DNA of 64,000 nt from Bdellovibrionota bacterium (GCA_965207455.1 CBDBMJ010000001.1:1312001-1376000); one strand, 5' to 3'; positions 9,961-19,782 are shown, numbered from the stretch's first letter. A program made the numbers and translations. Notes: generated by a model not told the origin, from the sequence alone.

Positions 9961-11430
9961 ATGGAAAATAGAAGTTTAAATTATGAGATTCGATCCAAGA
10001 CTGCGATGGAAAGATATGAGTTTTCCAGACCTGTAAAATTTGCACTCAGAGATCTAGTTATTAAAAAAAATTGGAGTTTCTTTGATTATGGTTGTGGAAA
10101 AGGCTCCGACATCTCATTTCTTAAAGGATTAAATATTGAATCAAACGGATATGACCCTTATTTTTTCCCAAAAAATGAGAAAATAAAATCTGATATTGTA
10201 AATCTAGGGTATGTAATAAATGTAATAGAGGATCCAGAGGAAAGAAAATCAACCATCAAAGAAGCATACTCACTTGCAGATAAATGCCTGATTGTTTCAG
10301 CACAAACAAAAGCAGCTGCCATTCATGATGCACAAGAATTTGGTGATGGCTGTCTTACAAAAAGAGAAACCTTTCAGAAATATTTTTCACAAGAAGAACT
10401 CAAGGCATTACTATCCGACGTTTTAAATACTACACCATACCCTGCTGGACCAGGAATTTTTTATATTTTTAAAGATGAGAGTGCTCGGAGTGAGTATTTA
10501 ACAGTTCGTTACGATTCCACACGTTTCCTCAGAACAACAGAAACGCCATTTTTGAAACAAAAACGCTTCTACCCTCCCATGAATGAGATAAAAGAAGAAA
10601 AACTTAGTAAAAGCTCTTCTGTAAGTGATTTAGTAGACTGGGTGAGCACAAGAGGTCGTTTTCCCACAGAGTTTGAATTTACAGGATATGAGGAAATTTC
10701 CAAGCTAGGGGTTCAACGGAATTTTTTAGAAAACTGGGTATTAAACAATCTAAATCAGGACGCTTTTGAGAATGCGAAAAAAGTTCGTAGGCAAGATATA
10801 TTACTTATGCTTGCCCTCACCCGACTTGATCAGAACGGCAGACCTAAGCTAAAAGACCTTCCCCTACAAAGCAGCTTAGATATAAAGGCATTTTTTAAAA
10901 CCTATAACAATGCAGTTCTTAATGCGGACAAATTGCTTTTTAGTGTTGCTGATCCCAAAAGAGTTCAAGATGCCATACAGCAATCTGAGGTTGGCAAAAA
11001 ATTACCCGATAGTATTTACCTGCATACTTCAGCCCTTCCATACGCTCCAGATATTCTCCAAATATTTGTAGGCTGTGCCCGTGCTGTTGTGGGAGATGTG
11101 GAAGGTGATGTAATTATAAAAATTCCCAAAAAAGCCACCTCTGTTTCATTCTTACTATATCGTGATTTTGATAGCTCTCCCCATCCTGAATTAATGCTAT
11201 CTGTGAAGGTAAAACTAAGAGAAGCAAGGATTTATTCCAGAAACTACACAAAATCGGACAATCCTCCTATTTTGCATAGAAAAGAAACATTTGTTCACAC
11301 CAGCTACCCTTTATTCAATAAATTTAAAAAAGAAACCAAAAAAGAAGAATCCTTAGGGCTTTTGGGAAGAACAGATATTGGTTTCAAGAAAAATTGGGAA
11401 AAGCTCACAGAAAATATCACCTTGAGTTAA
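9961..11430 (+). CDS. DNA phosphorothioation-associated putative methyltransferase
   Basis: KTAM.R...SRP, FDYGCGKGSD SAM motif, GYDP, VNLGYVINVIED, TFQKYF, NPPILHRKE. Confidence 0.85.
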   Translation: MENRSLNYEIRSKTAMERYEFSRPVKFALRDLVIKKNWSFFDYGCGKGSDISFLKGLNIESNGYDPYFFPKNEKIKSDIVNLGYVINVIEDPEERKSTIKEAYSLADKCLIVSAQTKAAAIHDAQEFGDGCLTKRETFQKYFSQEELKALLSDVLNTTPYPAGPGIFYIFKDESARSEYLTVRYDSTRFLRTTETPFLKQKRFYPPMNEIKEEKLSKSSSVSDLVDWVSTRGRFPTEFEFTGYEEISKLGVQRNFLENWVLNNLNQDAFENAKKVRRQDILLMLALTRLDQNGRPKLKDLPLQSSLDIKAFFKTYNNAVLNADKLLFSVADPKRVQDAIQQSEVGKKLPDSIYLHTSALPYAPDILQIFVGCARAVVGDVEGDVIIKIPKKATSVSFLLYRDFDSSPHPELMLSVKVKLREARIYSRNYTKSDNPPILHRKETFVHTSYPLFNKFKKETKKEESLGLLGRTDIGFKKNWEKLTENITLS

Positions 11431-11432
11431 AG

Positions 11433-12408
11433 ATGGAAAATATAATTCATTATAATAATTTAGGCGATATTGTGGCAGAAGAGTTCAAAAAATCTCAAAA
11501 AGAAATACTTATTTTTTCTCCTTATATTACCACAAACGCCTTAAAGAAAATTCTTGATCCAGTATCATCAGGTGTTCATGTTTCTATTATTACAACATGG
11601 AAAGTGCAAGATATAGCTTATGGTGCCAGCGAGCTTGCCTCCTATGAGTTTGCAAAAAAAAGAGGGTTTCAGTTTTTTTTGAATCAACAAATACATTTAA
11701 AAACATACCTATCTGACCATAAAAAAGTAATTACAGGCTCTGCCAACTTAACCAATAATGGTATGGGATTCTCCTCCAACCCAAATAAAGAAACTCTTGT
11801 AGAAACAGACTGTTGTCCAGGCGATTACTTGCATTACTTGCTATCAATATTACGTGATTCCAAATTAGTTGATGATGAGATTTTTGCTTATTTTAAAGAA
11901 AAATCTCAAGAAATAAAAATAGATAAAATCAGTGATTCTGTTCAAGAAAATATAGATAAAGACGCATTTAAAGAAAAAAAAGATAGTTTCTTAGTTTCTG
12001 AATTGCCCATGTCTTCCAGCGTTGAAGTTATTTATGAAATTATAAAAGAGCAAAAAATCTGTTCAATGATCAGGACGAAATACTGCGCATTCCATGATTT
12101 AGCGAAATACAACATAAGTTATAATGAATTAACAAGCATGGATGATTTTAAGAAAAAAAATGCATCTAAATTTCTTTAAGCATCCATTTATAGTAAAATT
12201 TGTAGCCTCTTTAAACAAATCCAAGAGCTTCGGCCGAGTAAAGGAATGGATACAAAGAAATTGTACCAATGTGCCCGTTCCTAACAGAAGAGAATTGACA
12301 GCAAATGTGAGGACTCTTTTTGATTGGTTGATAGAATTAGACCCCGATTCTTTTGTAGTGGAGCGACCAAGGCATGCAGAAGTTTTATTTAGGAAAAATC
12401 CAAAATGA
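11433..12408 (+). CDS. Phospholipase D-family (HKD) nuclease-like protein; +1 frameshift in A8 run 12153-12160
   Basis: SPYI, HLKTYLSD (HxKxxxxD), GSANLT; ORF 12142..12408 continues it and overlaps the next start as ATGA. Confidence 0.8.
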
Positions 12409-12759
12409 TTGATTATAATCAACCGCTATTGAAATTATTAAAAAAATGCTTTTGATATAAAAACTCAGGGAAACCCCAAAGAACAAGCACTGTTTGATGA
12501 TATTATTCAAAGATGGACATCAGGGAGAGAAGAGCCAAATTTTTCTAAAATAATATATGAAATGGATTTAATCAAAAATGACGAAGATAGAGTAAGGGAA
12601 CTTGAAAAAAATGCAAAGGAAATAAATTCAAAGGTTAGCGGGGAAGCATTAGGAGTTCTTTTTAATGACATAAAAAAAATATTATTATCCGATAATGCTA
12701 TCAATAAAAATGAAAAAATTATATTAGATACTCTAGAATCCTGCTGGTCAAAAAAATGA
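12405..12759 (+). CDS. TerB-like small protein (~117 aa after removing one A from A7 at 12440-12446)
   Basis: ATG overlaps the upstream TGA; reconstructed MIDYNQPLLKLLKNAFDIK...KKILLSDNAINKNEKIILDTL ends in a TerB-like DxxIxxxE motif. Confidence 0.5.
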
Positions 12760-13203
12760 TTTTAATTGATCGCCAAGTAGAGCGGATTAGAACAAAAAAG
12801 CATTTTATTCCTCACACCACATTTGAAGCGATTGGGATACTTATTTGCAATAGTAATCCGAGTGGATGGAAATATAACAAAAGATGAAATATCCTCTTTG
12901 AGAAAAAATTTACGAACGTGGAATAATGAAAATGCCAGATTGATAATTCATGCAATTAACTTGATCGATCCATTTTCTTCAAGTGCAAATATTATAAATC
13001 TTTTTAAAAAAACTACTGAATTTTCCAGTATAGAGGAAAAATCAGTGATGAATTGCCTTGACTTTTTAAATGATTCATCTCCAAGCACAAAAAAGTTAAT
13101 ATACCAACAAATAGTATCTTTAATAAAGGCTGACGGGCATGTGCATAAAAATGAGAGATGGATATGGTATCACATGAAACAAAAATGGAATATAAATAAG
13201 TAG
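12756..13203 (+). CDS. TerB-family protein; +1 frameshift between ~12794 and 12836
   Basis: ATG 12756 overlaps the previous TGA; two TerB motifs IRVDGNITKDE and IKADGHVHKNE. Confidence 0.7.
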
Positions 13204-13214
13204 GAGATAAGTCA

Positions 13215-14904
13215 TTGTTTGATGAATTAAGACATTTATTAAGTAGAGTTGCAGTACATGACCTCAAAAATTATCTTGGAAAAGAAATTGTTGGGTTGGC
13301 AGATTATTTAAATGAAAGTGATTCTGCCAGTAAACTTGTTAATGCTGCAATATCTACAGATGGGAAAAAATTACTAGAAAGAAAGACAATCCGCTGGCTA
13401 TTGATATTTACGCATCTGAAAAAAGAAGAAATTGAGTCTCTGGGCGCAATCTTTGAATGTTCATTCTAAAGATACTGCACAATGCATAGACAATATATCC
13501 AGCCTACCTTTTTTAAGCAATAAAAATAATAGAATAATTTTAGAGGCTCTAAATTTAGATATAAGTTATCTTCCTGATAAAGCAATTTCTTCCGATGAAC
13601 TGGGGCAAGAAAAAATATTGGCTAAAAATAAATTTTTTGAACTGTTAGATTATCAATTTGATATAAAAATGCGAGTATTAAAAATCTTTAAAACAACTCA
13701 GCTTGCTCGATGCATGATTCATATGCCAACGGGTTCAGGGAAAACTAAAACCGCAATGAATATATTACATAATTATTGGTGGCAAGAGCATGACTGCAAT
13801 GGAATTATCGTTTGGATGGCCCACTCAGAAGAATTGCTAAAACAAGCAATTGATGCATTTAAAGATATGTGGGAGGTAATGGGGCGAAAGGACGTGGATT
13901 TAATCAGATTATGGGGTAATTTTAATCTCCCTCAAGAACTTCCTGTTCGAGGAATAATTTTTACTGGAATACAAAAAATGATTTCAATATCGAAAAAGAA
14001 CCAAATAGATGAATTAAATAAGCACCTCCGCATGGTAGTTATAGATGAGGCACACAAGGCACCAGCTAAAGAGACAAAAAAAGTAATATATGAAATGATG
14101 AAAATGCCCGAGAATAGCCAAAATAGAGTTTTACTTGGTCTAACCGCAACACCGGGGAGATCAACTGGATTTGATAAACAAGATGAAATTTTAATATCCA
14201 TGTTCGAGAATTCAAAAGTTGATTTAAATATTAAACATATGGATAAGTATTTAACAGATGGATATACTAGTAAAAATGTAATTGATCATCTCCAGCACAG
14301 AAAGATACTTTCTAAATTTGAAAGAGAACCAATCCAAATTGAAAGAAAATTACTTAACCTAAGTCCTGCTGATATTTTAAACTTGGAGAAATCAATAAAA
14401 GATAAATCGTCTGAAATCAAAGCTAGCACTTTAGATAAGATAGCTAAAAGTAAAGCTAGGAATCAATTAATTATTGAAAAATTAATTGATTTAAATTCCC
14501 AAGGATTAAAAACATTAGTATTTGCTTGTAACTTAAATCATGTTAGACTTCTTACAGCAGCACTTCAAATGAGAGGAGTTAATGCGGAACATGTTCTGGG
14601 AGATACTCCTTCCAATCATAGAGCAGACGTTATATCAAAGTTTAAAGATGACCATAGTGGTTTAAATATATTGATTAATTATGGTGTTTTGACAACTGGT
14701 TTTGATTCTCCAAATATTGATTGTATTTTTATAGCAAGACCTGTTACCTCAGTGATTTTATACAGCCAAATGATTGGAAGAGGCATCCGTGGAACTATGA
14801 TGGGTGGGAAATCTTCATGTATATTAATAGATGTTGTTGACAACATCAAACAGCATGGTGATGAGTCATGGGCTTTTAGTTTTTTTAATAAATATTGGAG
14901 TTAA
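13215..14904 (+). CDS. SF2 DEAH/ResIII-type helicase; +1 frameshift at ~13419-13444
   Basis: RBS AGGAG; MPTGSGKT, IDEAH, LTATP, LTTGFDSP, QMIGRGIRG. Confidence 0.88.
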
Positions 14905-14915
14905 AGGAGAAAAAT

Positions 14916-16661
14916 ATGGAGAATAATGAAAAAGATATTATAAACTTAGAATACTATGCAGATGCCCTAAGAAACACTGGATATAAAAATACGGAAAATG
15001 CATTGGCTGAAATTGTGGACAATAGTTTAGAGGCTGGTGCAAAAGATATTTTAATTTTATGTAAAACAGGTATTAGGCATACCAGAAAATCTATAGTGGA
15101 AATTGCCATATTGGATAATGGATGTGGAATGCCTGATGATATTTTATCCAAATGCTTAGGTATCGGAGAAAGCACACGCAGAGAACGAAAAGGGATGGGA
15201 CGATTTGGTGTTGGACTACCTCAAGCTTCTTTTCATGTGGCACCTCGTGTAGAAGTCTACTCATGGCAAAATGGTGCCACTCCTAGATATGTATACCTTG
15301 ATGTAAATGAAATGAAATCAGGAAAACAAAAAAAACTTTCCCAGATAACGAAAGAAAACTTACCACAATCCTATCAAAAGTACTTAAAGGGTTTTACTTT
15401 TGAAAATGAAGGTAAAGAAATGAGTTTTTCAGAATCTGGCACATTAGTAATTTGGAAAGCTTGTGACAGATTAAACCCTAAAACAGCAACAGCACTTTAT
15501 CCCAGATTCAACCGTCTTTTAGGAAGAAAATTTCGACATTTCATCAATGATGACTGTACTATTGGTTTTTTCGCTGAAGGTGATGATAGAACTAAAAAAA
15601 TACTTAAACCCAACGATCCTCTTTGTCTCATGACTAATAATCAGGTTTTGGGCAATGAGAATGATCCTACAGAAATATATGATGAGGGAGAGCCAATATT
15701 TGAGCTTTGGGATAATGCAGGCATGATCTGTCCACATGAAGAAGAAATTGAATACAGGCAAGGCAATAAGATAAAAAAGAGTAAAATTGAAATCACATTT
15801 TCACTTGCTAAGCCTATTTATCAGAGAGCTGGTGGAGAGAATAAAATTGGACAACATTTGAAAAAAAATGTGGGAATTTCGATAGTCCGAGCTAATCGAG
15901 AAATTGATTTTGGGAAATTCGATTTATTCAGTGATATAAATGAGCCACAGCATAGGTGGTGGGGATGTGAAGTAAAATTTAAAACTGAATTAGATGAAAC
16001 ATTCGGCGTCTCCAACAACAAACAGCAAGTAGAACTTCGTGAATTAAATGGAGTAGAATATGAAGAAGACGACATAAAACCTATTTGGTTTAAGCTTGAA
16101 AAAATAGTTGCCAGAGAAATTAAACATATTTATAAAGAAATTAAAAAAAGAAAAGAAGGAAGTAGAAAAAAAACCTCCCAACCTTCGAAAGAAGAAGCCA
16201 TAGTAGGAGTTGTTGAAGCAAGAGATGAAATACCAACAAAATCAGAGGAAGTTAGAGAAAATACTCATCCTGAAGAATTGAAAAACTTAGTTCGAGAAGT
16301 AACAATAGAATCCACAGGAAACCCCCATCCAACCGATGATGAAATAAACGCCCAAATGACTTCTCCGGTCCATATTACTGAAAAAGACATGGGCGATTCT
16401 TCCCATTTTATTGATATATCCACTAAAATGGGAAATTGTTGGCTAACAATAAATACAGGTTCCATATTTTATCGAGAAATGTACAGCAAATTAGAGGAAA
16501 AAGATGAAAGTGTATTCAGTGCCTTTAAACTTATTTTAATGGCATATGCTAGGGCAGAAGATGAAGCTATCTCGGAAAAGCTTCGTGAATCATTTAGAGA
16601 AGTAAGACGATTATGGGGTGTAAAAATTGAAAAATATTTGAAAACTGATTATCAATCATAA
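14916..16661 (+). CDS. GHKL (MORC/HATPase_c-like) ATPase
   Basis: RBS AAGGAG; ALAEIVDNS N-box, DNGCGM G1, GRFGVGL G2, SGTLVIW, GISIVRANREI S5-like region. Confidence 0.85.
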   Translation: MENNEKDIINLEYYADALRNTGYKNTENALAEIVDNSLEAGAKDILILCKTGIRHTRKSIVEIAILDNGCGMPDDILSKCLGIGESTRRERKGMGRFGVGLPQASFHVAPRVEVYSWQNGATPRYVYLDVNEMKSGKQKKLSQITKENLPQSYQKYLKGFTFENEGKEMSFSESGTLVIWKACDRLNPKTATALYPRFNRLLGRKFRHFINDDCTIGFFAEGDDRTKKILKPNDPLCLMTNNQVLGNENDPTEIYDEGEPIFELWDNAGMICPHEEEIEYRQGNKIKKSKIEITFSLAKPIYQRAGGENKIGQHLKKNVGISIVRANREIDFGKFDLFSDINEPQHRWWGCEVKFKTELDETFGVSNNKQQVELRELNGVEYEEDDIKPIWFKLEKIVAREIKHIYKEIKKRKEGSRKKTSQPSKEEAIVGVVEARDEIPTKSEEVRENTHPEELKNLVREVTIESTGNPHPTDDEINAQMTSPVHITEKDMGDSSHFIDISTKMGNCWLTINTGSIFYREMYSKLEEKDESVFSAFKLILMAYARAEDEAISEKLRESFREVRRLWGVKIEKYLKTDYQS

Positions 16662-17029
16662 TTTATGTAGATATGCTTTTCTCAGCACTTTAGACAATTT
16701 TTAAAGCCAGAACGTGACACGAAATCACGCAGACCGTCAAGCGGACAACTTCCCTGAAGCAGCAAAGCTTCCTTTTGTATGATTACCAAGCAATTCTGTC
16801 GCACTACAATTGGGAATTCAACAGACGCATTGCGCATTTTCAAACTCTTAAAAACAAAAGGAATTATGCGGCGAGTTGCTAATTTTTTCTTTTGCAGCGA
16901 TGGAGATTTTCGTTTTTGTGCCCACAAACTCTATAATTTCCTTGTCTTATCCAGCTCTACTATTGTAAGACGTTTATAATGCTTAGGCGGTCTAAGGGAT
17001 ATTAAAGCTAAGCCAACTTGCTGGATACA

Positions 17030-17197
17030 ATGATGACAACAGAAGAAGAATTAAAAGCCAACCTTAATAAAATTCTTGAGATTGAATCAAATTACTTTGA
17101 TATGGAAGAGCTCTCTAATCATCAAAAAGCCACTATTGTAAAAAAGATAGTCAACGTTATCAAGAACAACGGAAACAACGATAATGATACTAAATAA
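17030..17197 (+). CDS. 55-aa small protein not in the ORF track, candidate CxC-ATPase-associated small subunit (PbeB-like position)
   Basis: Read directly: MMTTEEELKANLNKILEIESNYFDMEELSNHQKATIVKKIVNVIKNNGNNDNDTK*; overlaps the ATPase start by 14 nt. Confidence 0.6.
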   Translation: MMTTEEELKANLNKILEIESNYFDMEELSNHQKATIVKKIVNVIKNNGNNDNDTK

Positions 17198-19265
17198 TAT
17201 TACAGTAAAGAATTTCAGGCAGTTCATGGGAAGCCAGTCGATTGATTTCTCGAATACTCCAGAAAAAAACGTCACCATCATTCATGGAGAAAATGGTTCT
17301 GGGAAAACCACACTCCTCAATGCCATTACTTGGTGCTTATACAGTCACACTAGCCCTGATTTTGAGGAGTCAGATTATCTGCTGTCGAAAAAAGCAGTTC
17401 TTAAATCAAACATGAATGACATCATTGAGTGCTCTGTAGTTTTAAAGTTTACTGATTCCAATCTCGATTATGAGGCCATAAGAAAATATAAGTATAGGTC
17501 ACTGGGACCGAATAAGAAGCCAAGTAAACATGGAGTGGGTTCCTTTGAGTTATTTATAAAAAAAGATGGTGAAAGAAGGAAGGCAGACAATCCAAATGTT
17601 TTTATTAATAGAATAATCCCAAAAGAAATGCACAGCTATTTCTTTTTTAACGGCGAAAGAATAGACAGACTCGCACGACGCTCAAATAACTTTGAAATAA
17701 GAGAGGCGATAAAGGTTCTTCTAGGAGTAACAATACTAGAAAGAGCGCTTGTTCACCTGAAGGCTGCACATAACATAATAAACACACAGCTAAGCAACAA
17801 CAGTAGGCTAGACCACAATATCAGGAATATTCTACTTGAACTGACCAAGAATAATAAAGATTTAGAGCACAATGAGAAATGCAGGGAACATTGCAAAAAG
17901 AATGCTGGATCACTTAAAAAAGACAACGAAGCCATCAGAGATAAACTTAGAGATTTTAAAGAAACAAGAGAGTTAGAGGAGAAACGAGATGAATTGTTTG
18001 CTGAAGATACGGAGCTTTCTTCCTCGATAAAATCCATTGAGAAACGAATAATAAAATTCATCACTCGAAAATCTTGTTTTTCATTTATGGGTCCAGTATT
18101 TGAGCAAGTTAACAATATATTGAAAGATCTTAAAACCTCAAATATCCTGCCAAACGAAGTGAAAGAGGACTTTATCAGGCGTTTGTTAGCAGAAAATTTA
18201 TGTATATGCAAAAGAAAACTTGCAAATGATTCCAAGGCATCTGCTGCAGTCAAAAAATTGCTTGACTACAGTATAAGCAAAGACGTTGACCAAAATATTG
18301 CCATTATGAAAAATAACTTAACTGCGATTAATGAAAAAATGCAGGAAAACCCAAGGGAGTTGAAAAACCTCATTCAAGAAAGAGAACGGTTAAGCACAAA
18401 ATCAGAAAAAGTGGCAAGGCAACTGGATGAATTAAAGAAATCCCTAAAGGGAATTAAGGGCAAGGAGGAAGTGAGAAAACTAAGCATTAAATTCGAGGAA
18501 AATGAAGCTACGACTGAGCAAGAGTTAAAAAACTATGGTCAATATGAATCAAAAATTTTATTTTTGAAGCAAAAAATTACTGAACTCGAAAAATCCAAGA
18601 AGCTAATGTCTCAAAAAAACCAGGAAGCCGAACGGTTGCTGAAATCTAATAATTTCAGCGCAGAACTCATCAGGTATACCCAAAAAATTTATGATGACAG
18701 AATCGCAGAAATCAGAGAAAAATTATCCTTTAAAGTCAACAGACTATTCCGACGTATCTGCAAGAAAGATTATCACATAAGAATGAACGAAGATTTTGTT
18801 ATAGATGTATTTGATTCGAAAACAGAACATGCAAAACCAGTTGGAAAAAGTACCGGTGAAAATCAAATGACAAGTTTATCTTTCATCGGCAGCATACTTG
18901 AATTTGCCAAGGAGATTAAAACCGACAAAAACAAATACGGGAGCATAATAAATAAATATGGAGGGATTTATCCTCTAGTTATGGACTCACCTTTTGGTAG
19001 CTTAGACCAGACATCCAGTAAAAACGTGGCAGAAAGCCTTCCCTCTCTTTCTGAGCAAATCGTACTTATGGTTTCCTCTACCCAATGGAGAAATGAAGTG
19101 AAAAATGGAATGATCTCTAAAGTAGGAAAACAATATGTATTATGCAACCACACCCCTAAACCTGGAAAAGCTGCAAAAGTTTTTATAGAATACAACGGAA
19201 GAAAGCACCCCTTTGCCAAATCAACAGATGGTCCTGAATTCACAGAAGTTGAGGAATTAGTATGA
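17184..19265 (+). CDS. SMC/Rad50-like ABC ATPase with CxC hook (DndD-related, PbeC-like)
   Basis: NFRQF, GENGSGKTT, YFFFNGE, coiled coils with central CICKR, KSTGE signature, LVMDSPFGSLD Walker B. Confidence 0.88.
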   Translation: MILNNITVKNFRQFMGSQSIDFSNTPEKNVTIIHGENGSGKTTLLNAITWCLYSHTSPDFEESDYLLSKKAVLKSNMNDIIECSVVLKFTDSNLDYEAIRKYKYRSLGPNKKPSKHGVGSFELFIKKDGERRKADNPNVFINRIIPKEMHSYFFFNGERIDRLARRSNNFEIREAIKVLLGVTILERALVHLKAAHNIINTQLSNNSRLDHNIRNILLELTKNNKDLEHNEKCREHCKKNAGSLKKDNEAIRDKLRDFKETRELEEKRDELFAEDTELSSSIKSIEKRIIKFITRKSCFSFMGPVFEQVNNILKDLKTSNILPNEVKEDFIRRLLAENLCICKRKLANDSKASAAVKKLLDYSISKDVDQNIAIMKNNLTAINEKMQENPRELKNLIQERERLSTKSEKVARQLDELKKSLKGIKGKEEVRKLSIKFEENEATTEQELKNYGQYESKILFLKQKITELEKSKKLMSQKNQEAERLLKSNNFSAELIRYTQKIYDDRIAEIREKLSFKVNRLFRRICKKDYHIRMNEDFVIDVFDSKTEHAKPVGKSTGENQMTSLSFIGSILEFAKEIKTDKNKYGSIINKYGGIYPLVMDSPFGSLDQTSSKNVAESLPSLSEQIVLMVSSTQWRNEVKNGMISKVGKQYVLCNHTPKPGKAAKVFIEYNGRKHPFAKSTDGPEFTEVEELV

Positions 19266-19747
19266 GTAAATATGGTTTTAAAAGCTTTGTATTTTGTGAC
19301 TCGCACTCTGAGTTAGTAGATAATTTATGTAAAGCAGGTTCAAGGTATTTTGATAATATTTATGAGCTATTTACATTAGCAGCATGTATTGGATATAGTA
19401 AGGGTCGCAAATCCAAAGTAGAAAAAGCTGGAAAAAAAATAGAATTCAATCAGCTCAGATCATTTGAAAACTTTGACGGAATTTTTCTTTCTATCTGTTT
19501 AGCCCACTCAAAAGAATCTTCCATCCTTAAAGATGATGACGAAACAATTACAAGTAGAATGACAATCTTTAGTGAATACGCAAATGGAGGGATGGAAATA
19601 CTGAAAAAAGAGGTTAATTCCAACCAAGGTGATTTCCAAGAAAATCTCATTCAGTATATACAAGATAATGGGGTTCACTTTAAAGAATTCAAAGAAAAAA
19701 CTACGGAAGGAACTAGCAAGTACAAGCATCTCCTAGAAGGACTGTAA
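19262..19747 (+). CDS. Dnd system-associated protein 4-like (DndE-like, PbeD-like)
   Basis: YELFTLAACIGY and FSEYANGGMEIL motifs; overlaps the ATPase stop (ATGA). Confidence 0.7.
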   Translation: MSKYGFKSFVFCDSHSELVDNLCKAGSRYFDNIYELFTLAACIGYSKGRKSKVEKAGKKIEFNQLRSFENFDGIFLSICLAHSKESSILKDDDETITSRMTIFSEYANGGMEILKKEVNSNQGDFQENLIQYIQDNGVHFKEFKEKTTEGTSKYKHLLEGL

Positions 19748-19782
19748 TTTTAGAGAAGTACTGACCTCTGAGGGAATAGAAT

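Larger units (their letters stand above)
2689..19760. mobile_element. AT-rich defence island inserted at the glmS 3' end; no mobility genes seen
   Basis: Visible shift to AT-rich sequence, defence-type gene content, begins right after the glmS stop; boundaries approximate. Confidence 0.7.

Noticed and set aside
16682..16979. Short ORFs 16682..16927(-) and 16779..16979(+)
   Set aside because: No recognisable motif or RBS; they overlap each other.
17184..19747. Canonical dndD-dndE of a Dnd PT system
   Set aside because: No dndB/dndC; the PAPS reductase is the short SspD type next to DUF4007 and an SspC-like ATPase; the ATPase has a CxC hook.
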